A stretch of DNA of 64,000 bases from Leucoraja ocellata (taxonomy: Eukaryota). Where the stretch lies: positions 868,001-932,000 of the forward strand of contig JAWMAR010000622.1 in NCBI GenBank assembly GCA_036785375.1. Direction: 5' to 3'. A program made the position numbers and the translations under genes. This document shows, piece after piece, positions 62,713 to 64,000 of this stretch. Numbering within the stretch: position 1 is the stretch's first letter; each line of letters begins with the position of its first letter. A model generated the notes under the pieces. That model saw only the letters and a program-made list of their open reading frames with translations. It was not told where the DNA came from and made no database searches.

Positions 62713-62831
62713 TCCGCTTAATAGCATCAGATATTTCTGTTATCATTGTGCTAAACACAAAGGGGTGATGGAACGTTTCAAAGGCCGGGACAGCATCTGT
62801 CACTGGCAACGATTCAGTAACAAAACTCGCC
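62713..62831 (-). CDS. TRIM gene penultimate exon (linker before PRY)
   Basis: tatttgcag|, 119 nt, phase 2-1: ASFVTESLPVTDAVPAFETFHHPFVFSTMITEISDAIKR; weak donor gtagct. Confidence 0.7.
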
Positions 62832-62923
62832 CTGCAAATAGTAAATACATGGTGTTAAATTGAGCATGTAACTGTCGTTGCATTACACGTCCACACAGAG
62901 TTTCAGTCAAGAGCATGTCCTAC

Positions 62924-62946
62924 CTGCTCCTCCGACCAACTTCATC
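62924..62946 (-). CDS. TRIM gene 23-nt micro-exon
   Basis: ttattacag|GATGAAGTTGGTCGGAGGAGCAG|gtagga; a 23-nt phase 0-2 exon is typical after the coiled coil in TRIM-B30.2 genes. Confidence 0.75.
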
Positions 62947-63680
62947 CTGTAATAAATAAAACACAAATCTGAATTAATTGAGATAAAAGAAATGCAAAAN
63001 NNNNNNNNNNNNNNNNNNNNNNNNNNNNNNNNNNNNNNNNNNNNNNNNNNNNNNNNNNNNNNNNNNNNNNNNNNNNNNNNNNNNNNNNNNNNNNNNNNNN
63101 NNNNNNNNNNNNNNNNNNNNNNNNNNNNNNNNNNNNNNNNNNNNNNNNNNNNNNNNNNNNNNNNNNNNNNNNNNNNNNNNNNNNNNNNNNNNNNNNNNNN
63201 NNNNNNNNNNNNNNNNNNNNNNNNNNNNNNNNNNNNNNNNNNNNNNNNNNNNNNNNNNNNNNNNNNNNNNNNNNNNNNNNNNNNNNNNNNNNNNNNNGAA
63301 CATGGCCTATGAGGCAGAATATCATGAGGGTGGGGACTGGTGACGCTTGGGTTCGGCCCCCTCCTGTACATCATCGAGACCAAGCGCAGACTAAGTGACC
63401 CTGATCTGAGGAACATCCCGGTTGCTAAACATTCCAACTCCACTTCTCATTTCCATATTGATCTCCCAGTCCTTGGCCTCCTCCATTGACAGGGTGAGGT
63501 CGAACGCAAAATGGAGAATCAGCACCACATATTCCGCTCGGGTAGTTTACAACACAGCAGAATGAACATTGAAATCTCCAATTTAAGGTAACACCATCTC
63601 TCCCCCCCCTTTACCCCATTTCTTCCATGTGCCCAGCCAAGTGAGCTTCCACTTTTCGCTCCAGACCGCTCTCTGACCCA

Positions 63681-64000
63681 TTTCACCAGACTGATTCCTG
63701 GGATGTCAGGACTTTCATATGAAGAAAGACTGGATAGCCTCGACTTGTACTCGCTAGAATTTAGAAGATTGAGGGGGGATCTTATAGAAACTTGCAAAAT
63801 TCTTAAGGGGTTGGACAGGCCAGATGCAGGAAGATTGTTCCCGATGTTGGGGAAGTCCAGGACAAGGGGTCACAGCTTAAGGATAAAGGGGAAATCCTTT
63901 GAGACCAAGATGAGGAAAACATTTTTCAAACAGTGAGTGGTGAATCTCTGGAGCTCTCAGCCACATAAGGTAGTTGAGGCCAGTTCATTGGCTATATTTA
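63681..64000 (+). mobile_element. CR1 LINE fragment running off the window
   Basis: ORF 63703-63936. Confidence 0.9.

Noticed and set aside
1-64000. CRISPR array, rRNA or prokaryotic operon
   Set aside because: None seen; the repeats are eukaryotic transposons, microsatellites and segmental duplications.

Overview
Vertebrate genomic DNA, most likely a cartilaginous fish such as a skate or ray. This is inferred from dense HE1-like tRNA-derived V-SINEs, CR1 LINEs with (ATAGAAAC)n tails, Penelope-like termini and an elasmobranch-type TRIM exon. Most ORFs in the supplied track are transposon debris. Three real gene systems appear once exons are spliced by hand. (1) 1-36173: a tandem array (unit about 8.9 kb) of four minus-strand CD2/SLAM-family Ig receptor genes (leader, V, C2, TM, short putative tail without tyrosine motif). 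They alternate between two sequence types (A-B-A-B), and none is fully intact as assembled. (2) 36431-54467 (+), head-to-head with the array: a six-exon gene not recovered by the ORF track. It splices with canonical GT-AG sites and matching phases into a 600-nt CDS (199 aa): signal peptide, short Ser/Thr-rich Ig-less ectodomain with one Cys, AxxxGxxxG TM helix, and a tail with two ITIMs (IIYSSL, IAYAYL) on apparently duplicated exons. (3) 61310-62946 (-): the last three exons of a TRIM/B30.2 (PRY-SPRY) gene. Also present: PIF/Harbinger and hAT MITEs, a probable Helitron, Tx1 and Rex/Babar fragments, Penelope termini with minimal hammerhead-ribozyme cores, and fold-back palindromes. All coordinates were read by eye; transposon boundaries are approximate.
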